A DNA stretch of 64,000 bases from Bacteroidales bacterium (GTDB lineage Bacteria > Bacteroidota > Bacteroidia > Bacteroidales > VadinHA17): positions 2,594 to 66,593 of the forward strand of contig JALONV010000004.1 in assembly GCA_025454755.1 (NCBI GenBank), given 5' to 3'. Shown piece after piece: positions 54,850 through 64,000 of the stretch. Each line of letters opens with the position of its first letter. Within the stretch, counting starts at the first letter, position 1. The notes below the pieces were generated by a model. That model had not been told where the DNA came from. It was given only the letters and a program-made list of their open reading frames with translations, and searched no databases. Position numbers and translations under genes: made by a program.

Positions 54850-56412
54850 ATGACAGTAAGAACTGTAATAAACGCTGCCGGACGTAGAGTGCCGGTACAG
54901 ATTAACGGACAGCCTGTTGTCGCGTTCAAGGGAGTGGGCAAATACAGGCCATCGGGGAGAAAATATTCACCACAGATACCTTCGTGCTCTGATTTCCCGA
55001 CCGACGGGAATAAGGTGGTCAGATCACTTGAAGAAGCACTCAGAAAATGCGGACTTCGCAATGGCATGACAATCTCAACACATCATCACCTGAGAGACGG
55101 TGACCTGATAAGCAACAGGATCTTTGAAATAGCATCCTCAATGGGAGTGAAGGACCTCGTATGGTTCCCTTCAGCATCGTTCCCGTGCAATGATCCCGTT
55201 ATCCGGTATCTCGAAGATGGCACCATTAACAGGATAGAGGGAAGCATGAACGGTCCGCTGGGAAGATTTGTTTCGGAAGGAAGAATGAAAGGCACTGCAG
55301 TCCTGAGATCCCATGGTGGAAGAGTTCAGGCAATTCAGGATGGCGAGGTGAGGATCGATATTGCAGTTCTTGTTGCACCCACAGCCGATCCTTTTGGCAA
55401 CGCAAAAGGTACCGGAGGTCATTCATCATGCGGAGTCATTGGCTACGGAAAAGCCGACAGCATGTACGCAACAAAGGTGATTGTAGTTACCGATAATCTT
55501 GTCGACTTTCCATGTTATCCTATGGAGATAGAAGGCAATTATGTGGATTGTGTGGTTGTTACAGATAAGATTGGCATTCCTGAAAAGATCGTTTCCGGAA
55601 CAACTGAGATCACCAGGAGTCCCGACAGGATACTTATCGCAGAACTAACAGCCTCATTTCTTGAGAAATCCGGTATTCTTAAGGATGGAGTGACAATGCA
55701 GGCAGGTGCAGGCGGAACATCACTTGCCATTGCTGTCTTTGTGCATGAGATCCTAAAGTCGAAAGGGTGGAAATCGAAATTTGGCTTTGGCGGAAGCACA
55801 AAATACATGGTTAAGATGCTTGAAGAGGGACAAATGGGTTATATACTTGATGCCCAGGCATTTGACCTTGATGCCGTTAAGTCAGTTGAAAACAATCCAA
55901 ACCATATTCCATATCCGGTTTTCAACGCTTACAATTATCACTCAAAGGGAAACCTGACCAGCATGATGGATATTATGATCCTTGGTGCGACAGAAGTAGA
56001 TGTGAATTTTAACGGCAATGTTGTTACTCATTCTGACGGTTACCTGCTTCATGGCATTGGAGGATGGCAAAACTGTCTTCATGCAAGGAACGTAATATTG
56101 CCTTTGCCTCTTTTCCGCGACCGTATTCCGGTGATAGTGGATGAAGTGACAACTCTCTGCGGACCAGGTGAACTTATAGATGTGGTGATCACTGAAAGGG
56201 GCATTGCCATTAATCCACTGCGTAAAGATCTGATAAAGAAGATGAAAGGGAGCGGATTGCCTCTGAGGAGCATTTCAGAGCTCAGGGACGAAGCAGAACG
56301 GATCTGCGGCAAACCCCAAAAACCACAGTTTGACGATAAGATTGTCGCAGCTATTAAATGGGTAGATGGGACAGTTATCGATGTTGTAAGAAAATTAAAG
56401 ACAAGTCAGTAG
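54850..56412 (+). CDS. citF: Citrate lyase alpha subunit (citrate CoA-transferase)
   Basis: A 520-aa protein with [36 protein letters not shown] and [12 protein letters not shown], consistent with CitF. Confidence 0.85.
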   Translation: MTVRTVINAAGRRVPVQINGQPVVAFKGVGKYRPSGRKYSPQIPSCSDFPTDGNKVVRSLEEALRKCGLRNGMTISTHHHLRDGDLISNRIFEIASSMGVKDLVWFPSASFPCNDPVIRYLEDGTINRIEGSMNGPLGRFVSEGRMKGTAVLRSHGGRVQAIQDGEVRIDIAVLVAPTADPFGNAKGTGGHSSCGVIGYGKADSMYATKVIVVTDNLVDFPCYPMEIEGNYVDCVVVTDKIGIPEKIVSGTTEITRSPDRILIAELTASFLEKSGILKDGVTMQAGAGGTSLAIAVFVHEILKSKGWKSKFGFGGSTKYMVKMLEEGQMGYILDAQAFDLDAVKSVENNPNHIPYPVFNAYNYHSKGNLTSMMDIMILGATEVDVNFNGNVVTHSDGYLLHGIGGWQNCLHARNVILPLPLFRDRIPVIVDEVTTLCGPGELIDVVITERGIAINPLRKDLIKKMKGSGLPLRSISELRDEAERICGKPQKPQFDDKIVAAIKWVDGTVIDVVRKLKTSQ

Positions 56413-56416
56413 TTAT

Positions 56417-56578
56417 ATGGAGAGATATAAATGCCAGATCTGCGGTTATATTTACGATCCTGTTGAGGGTGATGCGGAGCAAGGTATTAAACCAGGCACT
56501 CCTTTCAGTGATCTTCCTTCCGATTACGGATGTCCCGTATGCTTTGCAGGGAAAGATGATTTTTTCAGCTGCGATTAG
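56417..56578 (+). CDS. Rubredoxin (53 aa, below the ORF-track length cut-off)
   Basis: Translated by hand: [53 protein letters not shown]. It has both CxxCG / CPxC knuckles and the conserved YxxxxGD and GTxF pattern. Confidence 0.88.
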   Translation: MERYKCQICGYIYDPVEGDAEQGIKPGTPFSDLPSDYGCPVCFAGKDDFFSCD

Positions 56579-56587
56579 TCTTTTTGT

Positions 56588-58048
56588 TCACTTCCGGGGA
56601 ATATTGTCCAGAACATCAAGAAGAAGGTCCCAGAACATCTGGGCTGTCCGGATCTCGATTTTTTCTTCAGGTGTGTGGGCGCCCCTGATCGTCGGACCGA
56701 ATGATATCATATCTATACCTTTGAATTTCTCAAATATAAGTCCACATTCCAGACCTGCATGTATGGCTCTTACCTGGGGCTCTTTCCCAAAAAGTCTCAT
56801 GTAAGAGTTCCTTGTTATATTCAGGATCTCTGATGACATATTTGGCCTCCATCCCGGGTATCCTGCTGAGTGTTCGACTTTTGCCCCGGCCAGCTTCAGA
56901 CAGGTCTCTACCATAGCTGCGACATCTCTTTTTGATGAATCGATGGAACTTCTCTGAGTAGTGACTATTCTGATAGTATTGTTCCCGACAAATTTAACCG
57001 AAGCAAGATTGGTTGATGTCTCAACAAGGTCATCCATCTCCTTCGACCAGGCAATCGGGCCATGAGGACAACAGGTGAGAGAGGAAAGCAGCTTATTCTG
57101 GTTAACCTTATCCATAACCTTCTTAGGCATTTCCACATCCCTGACAGAGATTTTGATCTCCTTTTCAATATGCCCCAGTTCATCAATCATCAGATTGTAA
57201 AAATCATTTGTCCAGCTTACAATTGAGCTTTTTGATGGCTTATCAGCGACAATGGTGGCAAATGCCTCCCTTGGGATTGCATTTCGAAGGTTGCCTCCGT
57301 CAAATGTGCTTAACGCTATTTTGTATTCGTTAGACAGGTTCCAGAGCAGCCTGTTCATAATCTTCACCGAGTTGCCAAATCCTTTATGTATCTCATCTCC
57401 CGAATGGCCGCCTCTTAGTCCGGTAACTGATATTTCAAGTGCGGTTGTACCTGATCCGGGGGAGAGCGATTTATAATTCATTTCCCCGACGGTATCTATT
57501 CCTCCTGCACAACCAATGTAGAGAATGCCCTCATCTTCAGAATCAAGATTGAGGAGAATCCGTCCTTCAAATAAGTCGGATTTCAGGCTTATTGCACCCG
57601 TCATTCCTGATTCCTCGTCAACAGTGAAGAGGCATTCTATCTTTCCTGTTCGTATACTTTTATCAGACAGGATTGCCATCTGAGATGCAATTCCGATGCC
57701 GTCATCAGCGCCGAGTGTAGTACCAGTGGCTGTTACCCATCCATCAACTATCCTTGGAAGAATAGGATCCTTTGTCCAGTCATGCGGGTGATCGGCGTTC
57801 TTTTCTCCGACCATGTCCATATGGCTCTGGAGAACCACAGTTTTGCGGTTTTCCAATCCTGGGGATGAAGGCCTGATAATCAGAATATTGCCAGCCTGAT
57901 CCTCTTTAGATTCAAGATTATTTTCGCGTGCAAATCTGAGCAGGTATTCCCTGATCCTGGTCTCATTCTTTGAAAGTCTTGGTATGCTGCAAATATCCTC
58001 AAAATAGGCCCATACCAATTCAGGTTTCAACTCGGAGAATACGCTCAT
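56588..58048 (-). CDS. pepD: Aminoacyl-histidine dipeptidase PepD (M20C)
   Basis: The protein is colinear with E. coli PepD from MSVFSELKPELVWAYFEDICSIPRLSKNE. Motifs: LQSHMDMV, GTTLGADDGIG, NLDSEDEG, GGHSG, IHAGLECG. The start is chosen at the Met aligning with the PepD N-terminus, and 58081 is also possible. Confidence 0.88.
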   Translation of the reverse strand: MSVFSELKPELVWAYFEDICSIPRLSKNETRIREYLLRFARENNLESKEDQAGNILIIRPSSPGLENRKTVVLQSHMDMVGEKNADHPHDWTKDPILPRIVDGWVTATGTTLGADDGIGIASQMAILSDKSIRTGKIECLFTVDEESGMTGAISLKSDLFEGRILLNLDSEDEGILYIGCAGGIDTVGEMNYKSLSPGSGTTALEISVTGLRGGHSGDEIHKGFGNSVKIMNRLLWNLSNEYKIALSTFDGGNLRNAIPREAFATIVADKPSKSSIVSWTNDFYNLMIDELGHIEKEIKISVRDVEMPKKVMDKVNQNKLLSSLTCCPHGPIAWSKEMDDLVETSTNLASVKFVGNNTIRIVTTQRSSIDSSKRDVAAMVETCLKLAGAKVEHSAGYPGWRPNMSSEILNITRNSYMRLFGKEPQVRAIHAGLECGLIFEKFKGIDMISFGPTIRGAHTPEEKIEIRTAQMFWDLLLDVLDNIPRK

Positions 58049-58192
58049 GCATCTTTTTTTGGCGGGAGCTAAGGTACTCATTTTTTTATTTACGGCATCA
58101 TGTGGTTCAAAATAATAGATCAGGTTTTTGCTTGGCAAATTTTCGCTATTTTTACTGATGACTTCATATTGAAATTAATTTATTAGTTAGTT

Positions 58193-59389
58193 ATGGCAAA
58201 ACGTACAATTGTCGCTTTACCTGGCGACGGAATAGGAGCCGTTGTACTGGAACAGGCAATAAGAGTTTTGGATGCTGCCGGTTTTGAAGCAGAATATATT
58301 TATGGCGATATAGGCTGGGAATTCTGGCGAAAAGAGGGTAATCCTCTGCCTGAAAGGACATTGAAGCTTATCGGGAAACATAAAATTGCTCTCTTCGGAG
58401 CGATTACATCAAAGCCTAATGACGAAGCAAAAGCCGAGCTCGATCCATCATTACAGGGAAAAGGATATGTTTACTCAAGTCCTATTGTAGGTTTGAGGCA
58501 ACATTTTAATCTCGACATATGTGTCCGGCCATGCAAATCATACAAAGGCAATCCCCTTAATTTTATCCGAAGGGGAAGAGGCAATACAATTGAGGAACCA
58601 TTGGTGGATGTTGTGATCTTCCGGCAGAACACCGAATGCCTTTATTCAGGAGTGGAATGGACCAATCCTCCCGAGAATGTATATCAGGCGCTCCTCTCAC
58701 ATCCAAAGTTCAGGGAGAACTTCAGCAAAGTGCCTGTTGAAGAATTGTCAGTGTCAACCAGGATCTTTACCAGGAAAGCGACCGAAAGAATACTCCTGGC
58801 TGCTTTTGAACATGCAAAAAAACAGGGATACAAATCTGTAACTGTTTGTGAAAAACCAAACGTTATCAGGGAAACATCAGGACTCATGTGGAAGCTTGCT
58901 AAAGAGATCCAGAAAAACTCATTCCCTGGTATCAGACTTCTGAATACAAACATTGACGCCCAGATGATGTGGTTGACGAAAAACCCTGAAGAGTATGGGA
59001 TCATTGTAGCCGGGAATATGTTTGGGGATATCGCTTCCGATGGCTTTGCAGGTCTTATCGGCGGGCTGGGATTTGCCTGCAGCGCCCAGTTCTCTGAAGA
59101 CGGTATAGCGGTTTTTGAACCTACACACGGATCTGCCCCGAAGTATGCTGATTACAGGGTTTCCATCGTTAATCCGATTGCCATGATAGAGTCGGCCTGT
59201 ATGATGCTTGATTATCTGGGTGAGAAGAATATCTACAACTCCATCCGCAAGGCTGTTGCAGATGTTATCCTGGAAGGGAAAGTCAAAACCTACGATATGA
59301 TGAAGATGCAGGGCAAACCCGAGGTTCTGTCAAATGGTGCAGCCTCTACCATTGAGATGACAGATGCGATTATAGCAAAACTCAGTTAA
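58193..59389 (+). CDS. Isocitrate/isopropylmalate dehydrogenase family protein
   Basis: IVALPGDGIGAVV, FGAITSKP, NLDICVRPCK, NMFGDIASDGFAGLIGGLG, FEPTHGSAPKYA. The substrate cannot be assigned by eye. Confidence 0.8.
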   Translation: MAKRTIVALPGDGIGAVVLEQAIRVLDAAGFEAEYIYGDIGWEFWRKEGNPLPERTLKLIGKHKIALFGAITSKPNDEAKAELDPSLQGKGYVYSSPIVGLRQHFNLDICVRPCKSYKGNPLNFIRRGRGNTIEEPLVDVVIFRQNTECLYSGVEWTNPPENVYQALLSHPKFRENFSKVPVEELSVSTRIFTRKATERILLAAFEHAKKQGYKSVTVCEKPNVIRETSGLMWKLAKEIQKNSFPGIRLLNTNIDAQMMWLTKNPEEYGIIVAGNMFGDIASDGFAGLIGGLGFACSAQFSEDGIAVFEPTHGSAPKYADYRVSIVNPIAMIESACMMLDYLGEKNIYNSIRKAVADVILEGKVKTYDMMKMQGKPEVLSNGAASTIEMTDAIIAKLS

Positions 59390-59401
59390 AGCAATTGGCA
59401 A

Positions 59402-59944
59402 ATGACTGAAACATTAAAAAAACTCTGGCCGGAACTTGAATGGATCAAAGATCTTTCATTGAGGGAAAAAACTGCGGCTACATGGCAGATGGCACTTGAT
59501 AAAAGCGTGCTGAAGCCATCCGATCTTGAAACAATACCTTTCACACTTCTCTGTGGTCCCGATCTTAAAGTGAGTTTTATGGCTCATAAGAGATGTGTTG
59601 TTCATCTTGCTAAAGAGTGCGGTGAAAAGATGAACACTTTTTTTGGACAGGAGTTGCCTGTGAATATGGATGTCCTTATTGCCGGAGCCATGCTGGCTGA
59701 TGTGGGCAAATTGCTTGAATATGAACTGGACAGCAATGGGAAGGCAGTTCAGGGCAGATACGGGCAGTATTTGAGGCATCCGTTCTCAGGAGTATCACTG
59801 GCCGAACAGTGCGGGATTCCCCCGGAGGTGTGCCATATCATAGCGGCTCATGCGCACGAAGGTGACCTCGTAAAAAGAACCACCGAGGCATATATTGTGC
59901 ATCATGCCGATTTTATGGCTTTTGAACCGTTTAAGAAGAAATAG
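59402..59944 (+). CDS. HD domain-containing protein
   Basis: H...H, LADVGK and HHAD-type HD superfamily residues (HKRCVVHLA, MLADVGKL, IIAAHAHEGD, VHHADF). Confidence 0.65.
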   Translation: MTETLKKLWPELEWIKDLSLREKTAATWQMALDKSVLKPSDLETIPFTLLCGPDLKVSFMAHKRCVVHLAKECGEKMNTFFGQELPVNMDVLIAGAMLADVGKLLEYELDSNGKAVQGRYGQYLRHPFSGVSLAEQCGIPPEVCHIIAAHAHEGDLVKRTTEAYIVHHADFMAFEPFKKK

Positions 59945-59947
59945 CCC

Positions 59948-61861
59948 CTATCCGAGTTTCATCTTCTCGACCTGCTCGATATTCCTCTCGTTTGTAACAG
60001 CCTTGGCTTCAGGAGTGTAGAGGAAATCAATCAGATCCTGGTACCTGTCCATGATCTTTCCTCTTACAATTTTCATGGTCGAGTTCAGGAGACCGTTTTC
60101 ATCATTAAAGCCCTCTTCAAGAATCCCGATTGCCACCGGCAGCCATCTCTGCGGGAACATCCTGGCGTATTTTCCATTGGTCCTGTACTCATTTACTTCC
60201 GACTCAATAAGGTTCAGAACTGCCTGTTTCCCTTCGTCGGAATCGGCTGTAAGGTTTTTCTCCTCGAGAAACAGCTTGAGTGCATGCTGGTTAGGTACGA
60301 TAAGACAAACGGTATATGGTTTCTGGTTGTTGTAGAGCATGCACTGGTCGATATATTTTGACTGTTCGGTGATAGCTTCCTCGATACCTTCGGGACTGAA
60401 TTTCTCGCCATCATCAGCAATGAGTAGGCTCTTAAAGCGCCCCAGCACATACAGATAACCGTCTTTTGACATGTAGCCCATATCTCCGGTATGAAGCCAG
60501 CCATCCTTAATGGTATCCTTTGTTGCCGTTTCATTTTTCCAGTATCCATGCATTACATTCCCTCCCCTGATGACTATTTCGCCTTTTTCGCCGACCGGCA
60601 ATTCTTTGCCATCTTCGTCACAGATCTTGAGATCCATGTTATTCACAAGAGGTCCTGATGATCCCAGCTTATGTTTTGCAGTTGAATTTGATGATATTAC
60701 AGGAGAAGCCTCGCTCAGTCCGTATCCCTGGTACATCGGTATCCCCAGCGCATAGAAGAATCTCTGCAGTTCAATCTCCAGAAGAGCGCCTCCACCAACA
60801 AAGTAATCCAGTTCACCTCCGTAGGCTTCCCTTATTTTGCTGAAGATGATTTTATCAAAGAGATCCAGAAGGGGTTTCTTAAGCTTCTGAAGACCCTGGC
60901 CGCGGTTCCAGCCTTCCTTATTATATGAGTACTCCATTTTCAGTGCAAAATTGAAGAGCATTTCTGTGAGTTTTCCCTTTTCTTTAATGCCTTTTTCTAT
61001 GTTCTTCCTGAAATTCTTTGCGATGGCAGGAACACTCATAAGTAAATTCGGTTTTATTTCCTTCAGGTTCACAGGGATGTTCCTGAGAGCCTCCATTGGA
61101 GTCTTTCCGCTCTTCGGTGCGGCTACGCTTGCACCCTTTCCCATAAATGCATAAATGCCGCAGGTGTGTGCAAACGAATGGTCCCATGGGAGGATAAGGA
61201 GTGTTTTATAGAATGGCGGTATATCCATGAGGCTGTATGCCTGGTATACATTTGTTACATAATTACCATGTGTAAGTATTATACCCTTCGGATCAGCAGT
61301 TGTTCCTGAAGTATAGCATATGTTTGCAAAATCAGAGGGGGAGATGCTCTTTAAACTCTCCTCAAATTTTGCCATATTGCCCGGTACTTCCAGCCATTCC
61401 CTTCCGATCTTTCGTATTTCATTGAAATGAATTTCATTCGGGGCATATTCTTCCTGTGTGTCAAAATGAATTATCTTCTCTATGGTTCTGCATTCCCCGA
61501 CCACCTCTTTCACCTTGCCTGCCTGCCCTGAAGATGCCATTATCATTCTTGACTCAGAATGATTAACCCTGAACATTATCTCCTCAGGACTAAGCCTGAT
61601 CGACAAGGGTACGTTCAGTGCACCTGCGTAAAGAATGCCCAGTTCTCCAATAACCCAGCTGTTGCGGCCTTCAGAAATCAGGCTCAGCCTGTCGCCTTTT
61701 TTTATCCCCAGGCACTTTAAACCGGCAGCAAGCTCATAAACCTGTTTCCTGGTCTCACCATAGGTTGTGCCTTCATACTTATCACCCGGTTTTTCCCACA
61801 GGTAAATATTGTTGCTGAATTTTTCTACACTCTCCTCAAAAAACTGGATTATTGATTTCAT
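59948..61861 (-). CDS. AMP-dependent long-chain acyl-CoA synthetase
   Basis: AMP-binding motif ICYTSGTTADPKGIILTHGN, then GYGLSEASP, WLHTGDMGY. The start is trimmed to the ATG at 61861 (MKSIIQFFEES...). Confidence 0.85.
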   Translation of the reverse strand: MKSIIQFFEESVEKFSNNIYLWEKPGDKYEGTTYGETRKQVYELAAGLKCLGIKKGDRLSLISEGRNSWVIGELGILYAGALNVPLSIRLSPEEIMFRVNHSESRMIMASSGQAGKVKEVVGECRTIEKIIHFDTQEEYAPNEIHFNEIRKIGREWLEVPGNMAKFEESLKSISPSDFANICYTSGTTADPKGIILTHGNYVTNVYQAYSLMDIPPFYKTLLILPWDHSFAHTCGIYAFMGKGASVAAPKSGKTPMEALRNIPVNLKEIKPNLLMSVPAIAKNFRKNIEKGIKEKGKLTEMLFNFALKMEYSYNKEGWNRGQGLQKLKKPLLDLFDKIIFSKIREAYGGELDYFVGGGALLEIELQRFFYALGIPMYQGYGLSEASPVISSNSTAKHKLGSSGPLVNNMDLKICDEDGKELPVGEKGEIVIRGGNVMHGYWKNETATKDTIKDGWLHTGDMGYMSKDGYLYVLGRFKSLLIADDGEKFSPEGIEEAITEQSKYIDQCMLYNNQKPYTVCLIVPNQHALKLFLEEKNLTADSDEGKQAVLNLIESEVNEYRTNGKYARMFPQRWLPVAIGILEEGFNDENGLLNSTMKIVRGKIMDRYQDLIDFLYTPEAKAVTNERNIEQVEKMKLG

Positions 61862-62041
61862 ATATCCTGATAATTTTATTTGTGGACTATTTCCGTGTCT
61901 AATATACGAAATCCACAAAATTATCCTTCCCGGCTCTGTTTTAATTCTCATTTGGAATGATTTGTTATATTTTGTACCTTTGAGTGTTTGCCTGCATAAG
62001 GTATTGTTAAGCAGCTAGTTATCAAATAAATTCATATCGAT

Positions 62042-62509
62042 ATGAAACACATAGCAGCGATTATTCTCCTGGCTTTTATAGTAACTCTGCCCTCCTGCAA
62101 GTTTCTCAGGGAGAAAAAGATAATAGGCAGGAAGAAGACCGAGCTTGCCGAGAAGCTGGCAGAGCAGAAGAGGATCAGGATTGCTGATTCCCTCAGGGTT
62201 GTTCAGGAACGATTGAAAGCTATTGAAACCGCAAGGCTTGATTCTCTAAGACTTGCCGAGGAAGAACGGCTTGCACAGGCATCAAAATATAATATTGTTG
62301 TTGGTAGTTTTATTACCCCTGAATATGCCAGACAATGGGTAGATGAATATCGTACGCGGGGGTATGATGCAAAGATCATACAGATGGAAGGCAGCCGGTT
62401 TGAGCTTGTTGTAGCGGAGTCGTACGAAAGTGCAGGCAAAGCCGTTAAACGGCTTAATCAATTCCAGGATACAATACAGATTGATGCATGGATCTATAGA
62501 AAAAGGTAG
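62042..62509 (+). CDS. SPOR domain lipoprotein
   Basis: Lipobox LPSCKF, a coiled-coil linker, and a C-terminal YNIVVGSFITPEYARQWVDEYRTRGYDAKII...FELVVAESYES SPOR-like domain. Confidence 0.7.
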   Translation: MKHIAAIILLAFIVTLPSCKFLREKKIIGRKKTELAEKLAEQKRIRIADSLRVVQERLKAIETARLDSLRLAEEERLAQASKYNIVVGSFITPEYARQWVDEYRTRGYDAKIIQMEGSRFELVVAESYESAGKAVKRLNQFQDTIQIDAWIYRKR

Positions 62510-62535
62510 TATCACACTGCGAAACTGCTTTTTTC

Positions 62536-63795
62536 CTATCTGAAAATTGTTTCTTCCCGGTCAGGCCCCACCGATACCATTGTCACAGGTACACCTGTCT
62601 GATCTTCAATGAATTTAATATATTGCTTCAGGCTTTCAGGGAGTTTGGCAAATTCCCTTATAGCTGAAATATCACCTTCCCAGCCGGGCAATTCAGTATA
62701 TACCGGAACGACAGGGGAGTTGTCGAAAGGTATCTCACGGCACTCTTTTCCTTCAGAAAGATATGAAGTGCAGACTTTTACGGAGATGAAGCCCGATAAC
62801 ACATCGCTCTTCGTCATGAAGAGTTGGGTTACACCGTTTATCATTATTGCATATTTCAACGCCGGCAGGTCAAGCCATCCGCATCTCCGTGGTCGCCCCG
62901 TGGTGGCTCCGAATTCATGTCCTATCTCCCGGAGGAGGGAGCCGGTCTGATCATTGAGCTCGGTAGGGAAGGGGCCGCTTCCCACACGAGTGCAATATGC
63001 TTTAAAAATACCGAACACCTGACCTATTCTCTTTGGTGAGATGCCAAGGCCTGTGCAGGCGCCTGCACTGATAGTATTTGATGATGTCACAAAGGGGTAA
63101 GATCCGAAATCCACATCGAGCATTGTTCCCTGTGCTCCCTCTGCAAGCAGTTTCCTGCCTTTTGAAGTAAGTTCATGTATCAGGTACTCTGTATTCAGGA
63201 TCCTGAATTTTTTGAGCATCTCGATGCCTTCAAACCATCCGGCTTCATATTCTTTAAGGTCGAACTTAAAATCATAATTCCTGAGTATTTCAAGATGATC
63301 TTTGAGATGAACATCATACAATTCCCTGAAATTATTACCGAGTATCTCTCCGACACGCAATCCGTTGCGTGCCACTTTATCGGTATAAGCAGGGCCGATA
63401 CCTTTAAGTGTGGAACCTATTTTTGAAAACCCTTTGCTGGATTCATATGCTGAGTCAAGAATGCGATGGCCCGGTAAAATAAGGTTAGCTCTTGCCGAAA
63501 TGATGAGTCTTTTTACGAGTTCATCAACCGGAGGCCCCAGCATTTCTATCTCTTTTTTAAATACAGCCGGATCAATAACAACGCCATTGCCGATAATATT
63601 GATCTTTTCCGGATGGAAAATACCGGAAGGGATCAGATGCAATACATGCTTCACATTATTGAATTCCAGAGAATGGCCGGCATTAGGACCTCCCTGGAAA
63701 CGGGCAATAATATCATAATCCGGACTGATCGCATCCACGATCTTGCCTTTTCCCTCATCACCCCATTGCAGACCTAACAGTATGTCAATGTTCAT
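62536..63795 (-). CDS. purA: Adenylosuccinate synthase
   Basis: LGLQWGDEGKGKIVD, GGPNAGH, GIGPAY, GTTGRPRRCGWLD. Confidence 0.95.
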   Translation of the reverse strand: MNIDILLGLQWGDEGKGKIVDAISPDYDIIARFQGGPNAGHSLEFNNVKHVLHLIPSGIFHPEKINIIGNGVVIDPAVFKKEIEMLGPPVDELVKRLIISARANLILPGHRILDSAYESSKGFSKIGSTLKGIGPAYTDKVARNGLRVGEILGNNFRELYDVHLKDHLEILRNYDFKFDLKEYEAGWFEGIEMLKKFRILNTEYLIHELTSKGRKLLAEGAQGTMLDVDFGSYPFVTSSNTISAGACTGLGISPKRIGQVFGIFKAYCTRVGSGPFPTELNDQTGSLLREIGHEFGATTGRPRRCGWLDLPALKYAIMINGVTQLFMTKSDVLSGFISVKVCTSYLSEGKECREIPFDNSPVVPVYTELPGWEGDISAIREFAKLPESLKQYIKFIEDQTGVPVTMVSVGPDREETIFR

Positions 63796-64000
63796 ATTAC
63801 GTAATATCTTCCTTTAATTAAACAGTTAACAAGTTACAAAATAATTCAACCTGATTAACCCGGGTTTGACAATTGTTGATAAATGCTTTTAAATCCTTTA
63901 AAAGGGTCAATATTAAGGCTTTTTGCACAATATTAAATCTTTCGCCTTGTTATATAAATGTTATTTCTTAACTTTATTTTTAATAAACTCATCAATATTT

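Noticed and set aside
56358-56804. A 148-aa plus-strand ORF
   Set aside because: It has no protein-like features, overlaps pepD on the opposite strand, and the interval is better explained by the 53-aa rubredoxin gene in another frame.
61879-61919. Inverted repeat tttgtgga-N25-tccacaaa in the divergent promoter between the acyl-CoA synthetase and SPOR genes, as a possible operator
   Set aside because: The arms are only 8 bp with a long AT-rich spacer, which is within chance expectation for AT-rich intergenic DNA.

Overview
This is a chromosomal segment from a Bacteroidota-type genome. The assignment rests on type A and type B T9SS C-terminal sorting domains, a FISUMP-domain protein, an ORF6N protein, a TTTG/TAnnTTTG promoter motif and generally weak Shine-Dalgarno signals. 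I call about 57 protein genes, including one rubredoxin gene too short for the ORF track, and one tRNA-Ser(UGA). I found no rRNA, CRISPR array, transposase or recognisable defence genes. Most of the window is core metabolism and housekeeping: htpG, GTP-PEPCK, ppdK, pyk, aroQ/aroB/aroC, proS, tilS, purA, plsY, nth, xerD, pepD, aminotransferases, LemA plus an M48 protease, a hybrid histidine kinase and HU. Several parts deserve a second look.

- **tRNA-Ser patch (1-4260):** an accessory-looking patch abuts the 3' end of tRNA-Ser. It holds two 274-bp-spaced repeats that each re-use tRNA-Ser 3' sequence blocks and fold into a conserved structure with compensatory changes. It also holds an ORF6N gene with two identical 21-bp palindromes, a truncated GNAT gene and a frame-split secreted-protein gene.
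- **Tyr/Trp-rich cluster (42.8-47.0 kb):** two paralogous exported Tyr/Trp-rich low-complexity proteins lie next to a FadL-like outer-membrane barrel.
- **lar locus:** a larC-larE-larB-wbqC operon has no LarA. It is divergent from a Tat-exported DUF362 protein and a membrane polyferredoxin.
- **Citrate lyase cluster:** the ACP and beta subunits are fused. The cluster also contains a methylmalonyl-CoA epimerase and the rubredoxin, but no citC/citG/citX.
- **Intergenic elements:** several families of GC-rich hairpin elements are present. They include an inverted pair flanking a two-gene unit, a ~560-bp intergenic palindrome and an (AACCTTT)~9 microsatellite 4 nt upstream of a start codon.

All product calls come from reading the translated ORFs by eye. 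No database search was run.
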